A DNA stretch of 64,000 nt from the NCBI GenBank assembly GCA_963719075.1, contig CAVRAN010000005.1:55310-119309 (forward strand). Reading direction: 5' to 3'. The notes under the pieces are model-generated. The model was not told the DNA's origin. It did not search any database and was given only the letters and a program-made list of their open reading frames with translations. Shown in pieces: positions 1-8,511 of this stretch. The DNA is from an uncultured Verrucomicrobiae bacterium (GTDB lineage: Bacteria > Verrucomicrobiota > Verrucomicrobiia > Limisphaerales > UBA11358). The position numbers and the translations under genes were made by a program. The stretch's first letter is position 1. Each line of letters begins with the position of its first letter.

Positions 1-15
1 AGCAATAATTAGGGG

Positions 16-417
16 TCAGGGTGAGGTGTGATACTGCTCGTCACTGACCTTTTCCATCCAGTCAACTGCTTTGCCATCGAGTTGTTCCTGAATGGCGATG
101 TGTGTCATCGCCGTGGTCGGTGACGCGCCGTGCCAGTGCTTTTCGCCCGGCGCGAACTGGATCACGTCACCCGGCCGGATTTGCTCAACTGGCCCGCCCA
201 AGCTTTGCGCAAGTCCGCAGCCGGAAATCACGATGAGCGTCTGCCCCAGCGGATGCGTGTGCCAGGCCGTCCGCGCGCCCGGCTCGAACGTCACACTCGC
301 GCCGACCGCGCGCGCCGGAGCGATGGGCTGAAACAGCGGGTCAATGCGGACCGTGCCGGTGAACCAATCCGCCGGCCCTTTGCCGGAAGGCCGCGAGCCG
401 CTTCGTTTGATTTCCAT
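16..417 (-). CDS. cupin domain protein
   Basis: 133-aa ORF with cupin metal-site motifs ([14 protein letters not shown] ... [10 protein letters not shown]). The N-terminal [10 protein letters not shown] is typical of small cupins. Confidence 0.8.
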   Translation of the reverse strand: MEIKRSGSRPSGKGPADWFTGTVRIDPLFQPIAPARAVGASVTFEPGARTAWHTHPLGQTLIVISGCGLAQSLGGPVEQIRPGDVIQFAPGEKHWHGASPTTAMTHIAIQEQLDGKAVDWMEKVSDEQYHTSP

Positions 418-429
418 AGTTTGAATTTT

Positions 430-612
430 TTATTTGATGGCCGAAACTTTGTTGGTTGTGATGGCGACGGAGTTTGTGATGGTGGCGGCCGGGCTGGTGG
501 TTTTAGCGGCCTGATAAACCCCGTAATGCACCGGTTTTGGCCCGCTGCCACAAGCCCATAGCGTTGACAAAATCGTATTGAACAGCAAGAAGGCAATCAG
601 CGGATGTTTCAT
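430..612 (-). CDS. small putative lipoprotein (hypothetical)
   Basis: 60-aa ORF directly upstream of and co-oriented with the cupin gene. The hydrophobic N-terminus ends in a lipobox-like LWAC. No family recognised. Confidence 0.35.
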   Translation of the reverse strand: MKHPLIAFLLFNTILSTLWACGSGPKPVHYGVYQAAKTTSPAATITNSVAITTNKVSAIK

Positions 613-707
613 GGACGATTTTTTTGTTTATCAAATGCGATGCAACATCCACCAACGTTCCGATTTTTTCAAGTGGCCGTTCGGAAACAATCGGAGAAAA
701 ATAAATT

Positions 708-1484
708 TTAGGTTGCCGGTGAACCAATCCGCCGGACCTTTGCCGGTCGTTGCCGGAAAAGCAAAATGCTGGCAACGATGAAAATCACCAGCGCGAGGGA
801 TGCAGAATAGCGGCTCAAGGCCAGCCCGCCTTGATTCAGCGGCTTGTCAAAAAAATCTCCGAGCACCGCGCCCAATGGCCGGGTCAAAACGAATGCCGCC
901 CAGAACAAAGCCGTCCGGGAAATTTTTGTGAAAAAATAAAGCGCCGCGATGACCGCCAGCAACCCGCCGAAGAGCACCGTTGAATTCAAGTAGCCGAAGC
1001 CCTCGGTATCCGCCGTCCAGTCGCCGAGCGCGGTTCCCAGCGTTTGCGAAAACATGATGGTGACCCAGTAAAACATTTCCGCTTTGGGCGAACTGACCGT
1101 GTTGATCGAAACCGAACCCATCGTCCAATACCAAACCGATAAAGATGCCGCCAGCAAAACCAGCAGGAGTGACGAACCGCCGGCGTAACCGATGTGCAAT
1201 GAGCGGTCACAAAAATCCGCCAGGGTGGTTCCGACGGTGGTGGTGGCGATGATGGTCGCCCAATATAAAAATGGGCGAAACCGTTCCGCCTTGATCTGCG
1301 CGAAAACAAAAGCCAGAAACAGAACCGCAAAAATCCCCGTGCTCAACAGGTAGCCCAGATTCATGGACATCGAAACCGCATCACCACCGGTCTCGCCCAA
1401 AGTCGTCGCGGCAATTTTGATGAGCCAAAAAATGAAAGTGACTTCGGGGACTTTGCTTAAAAGTTTTTCGCCGTTTTGCTCCAT
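708..1484 (-). CDS. multi-pass membrane protein (COG4705-like)
   Basis: Start taken at MEQNGEKLLSKVPEV; the ORF is open to 1508. Four repeated LG(E/T/A)xxGD motifs sit in hydrophobic segments (TTLGETGGD, TTLADFCD, LGTALGD, LGAVLGD). Confidence 0.6.
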   Translation of the reverse strand: MEQNGEKLLSKVPEVTFIFWLIKIAATTLGETGGDAVSMSMNLGYLLSTGIFAVLFLAFVFAQIKAERFRPFLYWATIIATTTVGTTLADFCDRSLHIGYAGGSSLLLVLLAASLSVWYWTMGSVSINTVSSPKAEMFYWVTIMFSQTLGTALGDWTADTEGFGYLNSTVLFGGLLAVIAALYFFTKISRTALFWAAFVLTRPLGAVLGDFFDKPLNQGGLALSRYSASLALVIFIVASILLFRQRPAKVRRIGSPAT

Positions 1485-1523
1485 GCCGGTTATTTTCGCT
1501 TTAAACAATCCGGTTTTCCAATT

Positions 1524-2588
1524 TTATCTTCCCACGAACAGAACATCCAGCCATGCCGGGCCGGTGTAACGCCGATACCGCGGAGCAGCACCTGTTTGAT
1601 TGGTTGAAGTTGTCGAAGCAATTTGGGCGGGCGCGGTATTTGTTCCGGGCGGGTGTTCGGTGCAGATCAAAACAATGCAATTGTTTTTCGTGTCCAGCGT
1701 CGAAGTCCGGCAGCCGGATTTGGTTTGCACCGTCTGTTCCACCGCAAAATCGGTCGGGCTGTTTTCCTTGATGATGGTCAGCGTGCCGTCGCGTTGCGAA
1801 CTCCATGCTTCCATCGTGTTCGGATTAAAACCGCCGCCGTCCGTGCCGTTGCCGATGGGCAAGGTCGCGAGCATTTTGCCGGTGTCGGCACTGATCACGA
1901 CGCAGACATTGGGATTTCTGCACATTGCGAACAAAATATGATTCTTCGCGTCCAATCCCAATCCGCCCGGCTCGCCCGCGCTGTCGTCCAAATCAAATTT
2001 TGTGACGACCTTCATCGTTTTGACGTCAACCACCGCGATTTTTTTCTCGTCCTCGACATCCACAAATAATTTTCCCTGCCCGTCGCTTTGCGCCTGTTCC
2101 ATCGCGCCGCCCACGTCAATCGTGCCGACGACGGTTCCGTCTTTCGGCTCAATCACCGTGATGCTCGGCGATGCATGGCTGAAAATATAAATCTTGTCAA
2201 TAAACGGCTCCAAAAGAATTCCATCCGGCCGGCCTTGCACATCAATGCTTTTTAACTTCTGCATCGTCTCCGTGTCGAACATGCCGATTTGCGGGCTGCT
2301 GCTGAAACCGTGATGCGTTTTGGTATCTACTGCGACGCCGTGTCCGCTGATGTTCGTGATGGAGCCGATATATTTATGGCTGTCCAAATCGAAAACCAGA
2401 GTGCTCGCGCCGCGCGGCACATAAACCCGCCGCCCGTCATTGTCGGCATAAACATAATCCGTGCCGCCGCTGCCCATCAGCCGCGTCATATCAAGAACTT
2501 TATACGCAGCGTCAGTTTGGGCGGGAAGATTGCCGGCCAGCAGGCCGACGCCGAGTAAAATGCCAGCGAATGATTTCAATTTTTTCAT
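1524..2588 (-). CDS. secreted YncE/YVTN-type beta-propeller repeat protein
   Basis: 354-aa ORF with a signal peptide (MKKLKSFAGILLGVGLLAG). Repeated beta-propeller blades carry GxGxDGxxxD-type turns, typical of the YVTN/YncE family. Confidence 0.65.
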   Translation of the reverse strand: MKKLKSFAGILLGVGLLAGNLPAQTDAAYKVLDMTRLMGSGGTDYVYADNDGRRVYVPRGASTLVFDLDSHKYIGSITNISGHGVAVDTKTHHGFSSSPQIGMFDTETMQKLKSIDVQGRPDGILLEPFIDKIYIFSHASPSITVIEPKDGTVVGTIDVGGAMEQAQSDGQGKLFVDVEDEKKIAVVDVKTMKVVTKFDLDDSAGEPGGLGLDAKNHILFAMCRNPNVCVVISADTGKMLATLPIGNGTDGGGFNPNTMEAWSSQRDGTLTIIKENSPTDFAVEQTVQTKSGCRTSTLDTKNNCIVLICTEHPPGTNTAPAQIASTTSTNQTGAAPRYRRYTGPAWLDVLFVGR

Positions 2589-2743
2589 AATGAATGTGAG
2601 ACAACACTGGCAGACGTGAATGAATGAAGCATGGTTTCAAGGTTTCAAAATTTAAGCTACCCATGCCCAGTTAAGCCCGAAATACCACAACATATCTGAA
2701 AAATTTATCAAAGACCTAATCCCGATCTGTTTGCAAAATTCAA

Positions 2744-2770
2744 AATCCGTGTTCATCCGTGGTTAAAAAT
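2744..2770. repeat. CACGGAT-type doublet element
   Basis: On the minus strand it reads TTTTTAACCACGGATGAACACGGATTT. It belongs to the same family as the elements at 4427, 27180 and 29318. Confidence 0.5.
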
Positions 2771-2852
2771 GTTCGCGTGGTTCGCGGTTCACCTCATCCG
2801 CTGGAATAAAGCTTGAATTCCCCGTAAAAATTGTGATTGATGTCTGCCGTCT

Positions 2853-3446
2853 ATGCAAACCAAACCGAGACTCAAGTGGCAACATGCCCTGACCGTTGAA
2901 CGGCTCGCAATCATCCGCAATAACCTGGACAAAACCGACGCGGAGATCGCGCGGATGCTGGGAGTCAGCCGGACGGCGGTGCATTTTCAGCGGAAACGGT
3001 ATAAAATCGCCAAGGTCCACGGCACCATCCAACGCATCCAACGCAGGTTTGAACAAATACGGGGACTGAAACCGGGACTTACGGCCAAGGCAGCAGCCTC
3101 GCAGCTGGGGCTTGCGGTGGAAGTGGCTAAAAAATACGGAAAGCTGGCGGGTTATGAGTTCCATTTCATCAGCCGGCCCGCCGCGAGACATTTTTATTGG
3201 CGGAAGCGGATAAAAAATTTGCCGCCGCTGCTCACCATCTCCGCCGTGGCGCGGGAACTGGGAGTCAAGTATGGTCATGCCGCGCTGTTGTGTCACCGGC
3301 ACAAATACAAGGTCACGGTTCGCAACCGTAAGAAACCGGCGCGAGTGCCCATCCGGCGTTGGTTCAGCCGTCCGCACCATGAGCGCTGGCTCGCGTCACT
3401 GAAACCGGTTCCTGCGGCCGGCCACCGTCAAGCGGTCAGTCGTTGA
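2853..3446 (+). CDS. hypothetical basic protein with three HTH-like repeats
   Basis: 197-aa Arg/Lys-rich ORF with three internally similar segments (TDAEIARMLGVSRTAVHFQRKRY / TAKAAASQLGLAVEVAKKYG / TISAVARELGVKYGHAALLCHRHKY). Confidence 0.5.
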   Translation: MQTKPRLKWQHALTVERLAIIRNNLDKTDAEIARMLGVSRTAVHFQRKRYKIAKVHGTIQRIQRRFEQIRGLKPGLTAKAAASQLGLAVEVAKKYGKLAGYEFHFISRPAARHFYWRKRIKNLPPLLTISAVARELGVKYGHAALLCHRHKYKVTVRNRKKPARVPIRRWFSRPHHERWLASLKPVPAAGHRQAVSR

Positions 3447-3553
3447 ATCCTCCGCGTGTTTGGCATGGTTCGCGGTGGAACCTGTTTTTGTCCGTCTTTT
3501 TGACAGTGGTTCTTAAAAACAAAAATGCGTCTGAATTCGCACGCTAACACCCG

Positions 3554-4330
3554 ATGACCTCACGAATCCTGATTCTGCTCGCCATTGTCGCCGCCGTGGT
3601 CGGCAATCCAACACGCGCCGCGGCAGCGGATGCCGGAAAACCGCAGTATTACGAAGTGCGGATCTATACCACCCAATCAGCGGAACAACAGCAGCGCGTT
3701 AATGACTATTGGCAGAGTGCGGCGGTGCCTGCTTACAACCGCATGGGCATCCAGCCGGTCGGGGTCTTCACCGAGTCGCAGGATTCCACGACCAACCACA
3801 TTTATGTGCTTATCCCGTGCGACTCACCGGAAGACTTCGCCGCGATTCCGGCCAAACTTGCCGCCGACGCCGATTACCAGAAGGCCGCCGCTGAATTTTT
3901 GAACGCACCGAAATCAAATCCGGCCTATACCCGTTTTGAAAGCTCCCTGCTCGTCGCTTTCGACGGCATGAAGCGGATGGTCGTGCCGGCGGCAGACAGG
4001 AAACCAAATATCTTTGAGCTGCGCACTTATTTAAGTTCCAGCGAGGGCAGGGGCTTGAATAAAATCAAGATGTTTGAGAGCGGTGAAATCCCATTGATGA
4101 AGAAAGTCGGGCTGGCCCCAATCTTTTACGGACGGACGATTGCCGGGCTGAACATGCCCTGCCTGGTCTACATGACCTGCGGCGAAAACCCGGACGCACA
4201 CAAGCGACATTGGCAGGCATTCTTTGCGTCCCCCGTCTGGAAACAGTTGGCGGGCGATTCTCAATACAAGGACAACGTGTCCCGCGTCATCAGCATCATG
4301 CTCAAGCGAACCGCCGCCTCGCAAATCTGA
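3554..4330 (+). CDS. NIPSNAP family protein, secreted
   Basis: 258-aa ORF with a signal peptide. Two NIPSNAP-like halves start with YYEVRIYT and IFELRTYL. Confidence 0.75.
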   Translation: MTSRILILLAIVAAVVGNPTRAAAADAGKPQYYEVRIYTTQSAEQQQRVNDYWQSAAVPAYNRMGIQPVGVFTESQDSTTNHIYVLIPCDSPEDFAAIPAKLAADADYQKAAAEFLNAPKSNPAYTRFESSLLVAFDGMKRMVVPAADRKPNIFELRTYLSSSEGRGLNKIKMFESGEIPLMKKVGLAPIFYGRTIAGLNMPCLVYMTCGENPDAHKRHWQAFFASPVWKQLAGDSQYKDNVSRVISIMLKRTAASQI

Positions 4331-4426
4331 AAGTCGCCTGCGGAAGACGGACATTTTATCGGTGTCATCTGCGATCAAACTTCACGCCTTTGATTGCCCG
4401 TTTCCGAACCGGGTCGGGAAATTTTA

Positions 4427-4485
4427 GACACGAATTGCACTAATTAACACGAATTGAATTGGCTAAAATTTGTGAAATTCGTGTC
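4427..4485. repeat. CACGAAT-type repeat element (two direct copies plus one inverted)
   Basis: GACACGAATTGCACTAATTAACACGAATTGAATTGGCTAAAATTTGTGAAATTCGTGTC. The outer arms GACACGAATT and AATTCGTGTC are inverted repeats. Confidence 0.55.
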
Positions 4486-4613
4486 AAAGAATCGCGCCGG
4501 GAGGCAGTGGGCTGCTTTGAAAAAACTTGTAATTGCAGTCCCGGTTTCATCTCGTATAATTGAGGGTGACGTCTTGCCCCGCAAACGGCATAAACCGCTT
4601 TAAAAATAAAAAT

Positions 4614-5828
4614 ATGAAATTTTGGGAAGGCTTTGGCCGTAAATTATTCCTTGGACTGGCTGCCCTGGGACTGCTCGGCGCCCAAGCGCAGGGGCAATAT
4701 GTTTACACGACGATTGATGATCCCGTGGCCAAGGCAACCAGCGGGACCACCTACGTCACCGGCATCTCCGGGAATGTCGTCGCCGGGTATTACTTCGGCC
4801 CCCAATTGCACGGCTTTTATCACACCCTCGGCACGACCAACTATACCACGCTGGATGTGCCGGCCGGCACCACCGGCACGGACTCCAGCACCGCTGCCAA
4901 TGGCATCTCCGGCAATAACATTGTCGGTTATTATCAAGCCACCAATTACAGCGGCACCTACGGTTTTATCTACAACATTGCCACCAGCAACTATACGACG
5001 CTGGCCGATGCGGCGGTCAGCGATGGCAACACAAGCTACCTCGAAGCGTTGGGCATTGATGGTTCCAATATCGTTGGTAATGTCATCAGCTTAGTGCCCC
5101 TTGCCGGCACATACCAGGAGGTTTTTTTGGCCACGCCTTCCGCCGGGGGAGAGAATTTCAGCACGTTTTATTATCCTTCACCGTCACAGGTCATCAACGA
5201 AGAAAGCTACTACTTGTCCAATTATACGACGCGGGCCTTTGGCATCTCCGTCCCCAATGTGGTGGGATACTGGCTGGATGAAAACTATGTTTACCACGGG
5301 TATATTTACAACCTCAACACGGCCAGTTACACGCTGCTGGCAAGCCCATCCGGTGGCGGGTGTCCGCTCACTGGCATTGACGGTAACAATGTCGTCGGCT
5401 ATTACGCGGATCCCAACTACGGCTACAACTACAGTGGCTTTATCTACAACATGGTCAGCAGCAACTACACGGCGACGTCGTTGCACGATCCACTGGCCCC
5501 CGGGAATACTTTTGTGGAGGGAATTTCCGGCGGCACCATCGTTGGCTATTACCTTGACAACGACGGCGTAACCCATGGTTTCGTGGCGTCAACACCTGTC
5601 CCCGTTCTTAACTTGAAAGTGGTTGGGGCCAGTCAGATTTTTACCGCGACCAATGGTTTGCCGGGGTCATCCTGCTTTATTCTGGACACGACCAATCTCG
5701 CGTTGCCGGTGAACCAATGGTCCGAGTTGTCCTCCAATGTGTTCAACACGAATGGAATTTTTACCTTCACAAATCCGGTCGTTCCGGGGATGCCGCCCGC
5801 CTTTTACGGGTTGAGCAAGACGCCATAG
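4614..5828 (+). CDS. secreted repeat protein (HAF-like GIxGxxxVGYY repeats) with FYxL-type C-terminal domain
   Basis: Start at MKFWEG with a signal peptide. There are at least 7 repeats of GISGNN(I/V)VGYY-type motifs. The last ~74 aa end in AFYGLSKTP. Confidence 0.65.
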   Translation: MKFWEGFGRKLFLGLAALGLLGAQAQGQYVYTTIDDPVAKATSGTTYVTGISGNVVAGYYFGPQLHGFYHTLGTTNYTTLDVPAGTTGTDSSTAANGISGNNIVGYYQATNYSGTYGFIYNIATSNYTTLADAAVSDGNTSYLEALGIDGSNIVGNVISLVPLAGTYQEVFLATPSAGGENFSTFYYPSPSQVINEESYYLSNYTTRAFGISVPNVVGYWLDENYVYHGYIYNLNTASYTLLASPSGGGCPLTGIDGNNVVGYYADPNYGYNYSGFIYNMVSSNYTATSLHDPLAPGNTFVEGISGGTIVGYYLDNDGVTHGFVASTPVPVLNLKVVGASQIFTATNGLPGSSCFILDTTNLALPVNQWSELSSNVFNTNGIFTFTNPVVPGMPPAFYGLSKTP

Positions 5829-5853
5829 GTTCGGGCGGTCGTCCTTTTTGCCT

Positions 5854-6000
5854 GCACAAATTCCCTTTTCCTTCGCGAAAATGGTTTGGTTCGTCGCGGA
5901 ACTTGTTTGGTTCATTACCAAACTTGTTTGGTCGGTGAGGGAACTTCCAAGTTTCATGACCAAACTTCCCTTCTTCGTCAAGAAGGTGTTTGGCGTGACG
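5854..6000. repeat. 21-bp-period degenerate tandem array (7 units, core AACTTGTTTGGT)
   Basis: GTTTGGT or its degenerate equivalent recurs at 5883, 5904, 5925, (5946), (5967) and 5988, exactly 21 bp apart. It lies between convergent genes. Confidence 0.75.
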
Positions 6001-6071
6001 CTTACAATATTCCCTCATCCTGCACGATTGATTAACCTCTTTTATCCCGAACCTGCCTGCGAAGTTTTTGT

Positions 6072-6374
6072 TTAATGCCCGAACTTCTCCGACGGGAGCG
6101 GAATGATAATTGGCTGGGTGACTGGTTTTTGCTTCGGCGCAGGCGCGACGTAGCTACGTTGAATCAATCGCAATTCCTCCGCCTCTTCCTCGTCGAACTT
6201 CGCCACTTCTTTTTCCAGCATGAACGAGATTAAAAACAGCCCGTAAAAAACCGCGCCAAACGGCAGCACGACCGTCCACGCCGGATTGAGGTTGAAGCCG
6301 CCAAAGTTAATGTCGCTTCCCGCCACGAGTCCGGTCACGGAAACCGCCAAAAGACTTTTGGATAATGTTGTCAT
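6072..6374 (-). CDS. small membrane protein (hypothetical)
   Basis: Internal start MTTLSKSLLAVSVTG within ORF 6072..6605. It has two hydrophobic helices followed by an acidic tail (KFDEEEAEELR). Confidence 0.45.
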   Translation of the reverse strand: MTTLSKSLLAVSVTGLVAGSDINFGGFNLNPAWTVVLPFGAVFYGLFLISFMLEKEVAKFDEEEAEELRLIQRSYVAPAPKQKPVTQPIIIPLPSEKFGH

Positions 6375-6396
6375 ATTTAAAAAAGCCGACAGAAAA

Positions 6397-6669
6397 TCAA
6401 GACAGTTGATTAATGGTGGAAGGACTGTTCGTGTATGTCGGCGGCTGGTTGGGAATGGGTTGTCCGGGTTGTGGTGATGGGCCAGGTTGCGGTGATGGGG
6501 CAACTTGCGATGGCACGGGTTGTGAGGGGGCAGGTTGCGGTGACGGGCCGGGTTGTGGCGATGGAACAGGCGGTGACGGATGCATGGAAGTCTGTCCCGA
6601 AACATTCAAAACGACGAGCATACTCAGAATCGTCAGGGATAGCAGAGTCCTCATATTTTTACCTTTCAT
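6397..6669 (-). CDS. secreted proline-rich protein (hypothetical)
   Basis: 90-aa ORF with a signal peptide (RTLLSLTILSMLVVLNVSG) followed by PSPQPGPSPQP-type low-complexity repeats. Confidence 0.5.
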   Translation of the reverse strand: MKGKNMRTLLSLTILSMLVVLNVSGQTSMHPSPPVPSPQPGPSPQPAPSQPVPSQVAPSPQPGPSPQPGQPIPNQPPTYTNSPSTINQLS

Positions 6670-6722
6670 AAATTATTACTTTTGACTTTCAATCAAACCG
6701 ATCAAATCGTAGAGACGATCAA

Positions 6723-7211
6723 CTATTGATTGGTGCTCGCCGGGACATTCGTATTGATGTCCGGCATATTGGTGGCTGCAGGCATATTCGTATCCACATC
6801 CGACATGCCGTTGGTCGCAGGCATATTCGTATCCACATCCGACATGCCGTTGGTCGCAGGCATATTCGTATCCACATCCGACATGCCGTTGGTCGCAGGC
6901 ATATTCGTATCCACATCCGAGATGCCGTTGGTTGCAGGCATATTCGTATTCATGTCCGACATGCCGTTGGTTGCAGGCATATTCGTATTCATGTCCGACA
7001 TGCCGTTGGTTGCAGGCATATTCGTATTCATGTCCGACATGCCGTTGGTTGCAGGCATATTCGTATTCATATCCGACATGCTGTTGGTATCGCCCATACT
7101 TGAATTGGTGGATGGCATATCGGTTGAACTGCTCGGGCTATTTTGATTACAGCCCACCAACGCCAATGCGGCTACAACTAGAATTGCTAACAATGGAATG
7201 ATTGATTTCAT
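6723..7211 (-). CDS. Met/Asn/Asp-rich tandem-repeat lipoprotein
   Basis: 162-aa ORF with a lipobox (LALVGC). It has ~9 in-frame 13-aa repeats of the form MPATNGMSD(M/V)(N/D)TN. Confidence 0.7.
   Translation of the reverse strand: MKSIIPLLAILVVAALALVGCNQNSPSSSTDMPSTNSSMGDTNSMSDMNTNMPATNGMSDMNTNMPATNGMSDMNTNMPATNGMSDMNTNMPATNGISDVDTNMPATNGMSDVDTNMPATNGMSDVDTNMPATNGMSDVDTNMPAATNMPDINTNVPASTNQ
6742..7092. repeat. 39-bp tandem repeat (about 9 units), coding
   Basis: The unit GGCATATTCGTATCCACATCCGACATGCCGTTGGTCGCA recurs from 6781 in two near-identical subfamilies (…ATCCACATCC… and …ATTCATGTCC…). It is in frame within CDS 6723..7211. Confidence 0.9.
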
Positions 7212-7246
7212 AAGTTTATTTTTGTTTTATTGTTCATTTTTAAAAG

Positions 7247-7456
7247 TCAGTCCTTCACGGCGAAGCCAATTTTGAGGGTCACCTGCCAATGATGCACCTT
7301 TCCCTTGACGATGTTGCCGCGGGTTTCGAGCACCTGAAACCAGCACAGGTTCTTGATGGTTTTGTGCGCCCGTTTGATGGCCTTGTCCACGGCGTCCTCG
7401 ATGGAGGTAGTGGAAGTGCCGGTCAGTTCGATGAGTTTATAGACGGGGTCTTTCAT
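7247..7456 (-). CDS. dodecin family protein
   Basis: 69-aa ORF. MKDPVYKLIELTGTSTTSIEDAV...WQVTLKIGF matches the dodecin (DUF1458) pattern. Confidence 0.85.
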   Translation of the reverse strand: MKDPVYKLIELTGTSTTSIEDAVDKAIKRAHKTIKNLCWFQVLETRGNIVKGKVHHWQVTLKIGFAVKD

Positions 7457-7489
7457 GTTCGAATTTCCGGTATCCGTGCATCGGCTGCT

Positions 7490-7684
7490 TCAGGCGGCGA
7501 AAAGTTCCTTAATGGCTTTTTCGACGGCTTCGCGGTTTTCGCCGGTCCGTTTCTGAATGCGGCCCAACAGTTCTTCCTGTTTGCCTGCGGAGTATTGAAG
7601 ATCGTCATCCGTGAGCTTGGCCCATTTCTGTTTCAGCTTGCCCTTGGTGATGTTCCAGTCGCCTTTGATTTCGAGTGTGGTCAT
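7490..7684 (-). CDS. CsbD family general stress protein
   Basis: 64-aa ORF. GDWNITKGKLKQKWAKLTDDDL...GRIQKRTG is the CsbD signature. Confidence 0.9.
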   Translation of the reverse strand: MTTLEIKGDWNITKGKLKQKWAKLTDDDLQYSAGKQEELLGRIQKRTGENREAVEKAIKELFAA

Positions 7685-7757
7685 AGATTTCTTGATTTTG
7701 GTTTTTAAACGTTCAGTTACGTGGTTTGGTAAAGTCTTCGGTGGAACGGCTCAACGG

Positions 7758-7862
7758 TCAGCGGAGCAATAGAACCACGATGACGATGAGGAGAACGAGG
7801 CCGAGCGAGCCGCCGCCGATATAAAGCGCACTGGCAAAAACCGGCAATAATAAGAGGTGCAT
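7758..7862 (-). CDS. small hydrophobic peptide (DUF3309-like tail)
   Basis: 34-codon ORF (MHLLLLPVFASALYIGGGSLGLVLLIVIVVLLLR), too short for the ORF track. It is the first ORF downstream of the motif at 7941..7961. Confidence 0.35.
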   Translation of the reverse strand: MHLLLLPVFASALYIGGGSLGLVLLIVIVVLLLR

Positions 7863-7940
7863 AGTTTGTCTTTCATTTTTGATGGCAATTCATTTGCCGT
7901 CATTTATCTATGGCGACGTTACGCGCCGGGCCGGTCTTTA

Positions 7941-7961
7941 GCTATGGGGTGTAACCCTACT
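7941..7961 (-). promoter_or_regulatory. stress-promoter motif copy (aGTAGGGTTACACCCCATAGC)
   Basis: On the minus strand, 19 nt further on, lies TAACGT (7921..7916). It sits upstream of the small-peptide/CsbD/dodecin gene string. Confidence 0.65.
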
Positions 7962-8079
7962 GTTTGCGGTCAAATTGAAAATCACTTTGGACAGAATTTG
8001 GCAACGGCGTTTTAATTGTAGAATCCATCTTTGCGACTTTAAGCTTTGGCCTTCGGGCGCCGGGCTTTAACCTGAAGCC

Positions 8080-8511
8080 GTGAGTCACAAAAGCGCCCGC
8101 ATCACCGCCATGGTCGGACAATTCCGCGAGGGAAACCTCGACCCGCATTACGCCGGTTATTTTTACTGCTTCAACCGGCAGCTTTTTTACGAAGCGCACG
8201 ATGTTCTGGAAAATTTGTGGCTCAAAGACAAACACGGCGCGAATGGAAATTTTTACAAAGGATTGATCCAATTGGCCGGCGCGTTCGTGCATCTGCAAAA
8301 AAACCGCCTGCGTCCCGCTGCCGCGCTGTTCAAACTCGCGCACGCCAATCTGGAAAAATATCCTGTTGTTCACGAACAGTTAAATCTCATCGCTGTGCTG
8401 GCATTGATCGCCGGCTGGTTGCGGCAACTGGAGCGCGGCGGTTTTGCAACCAATCCACTGTCGGCGATGAACGTGCCGCAACTGGCATTGCAAAAAGTGA
8501 TTCCGTCATGA
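8080..8511 (+). CDS. DUF309 domain protein
   Basis: 143-aa ORF. FNRQLFYEAHDVLENLW...YKGLIQLAGAFVHLQKN matches the DUF309 pattern. Confidence 0.75.
   Translation: MSHKSARITAMVGQFREGNLDPHYAGYFYCFNRQLFYEAHDVLENLWLKDKHGANGNFYKGLIQLAGAFVHLQKNRLRPAAALFKLAHANLEKYPVVHEQLNLIAVLALIAGWLRQLERGGFATNPLSAMNVPQLALQKVIPS

Noticed and set aside
2778-3476. 11-bp direct repeat TGGTTCGCGGT flanking the single gene 2853..3446 (possible target-site duplication)
   Set aside because: Rough counting gives on the order of ten chance 11-mer pairs within 1 kb of each other in a 64-kb window. No inverted repeats or transposase are present, so there is not enough evidence for mobility.
6742-7092. Regular 39-bp repeats that could superficially look like a CRISPR array
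   Set aside because: The units are contiguous with no unique spacers. They are in frame and encode a repeat lipoprotein with a signal peptide. No cas genes are present.
8217-8507. Upstream extension of the epimerase-family ORF (401-aa version)
   Set aside because: It overlaps the DUF309 gene in another frame. The Rossmann-fold N-terminus begins at MSQKRIIIAGGSGFIG (8508) with ATGA coupling.
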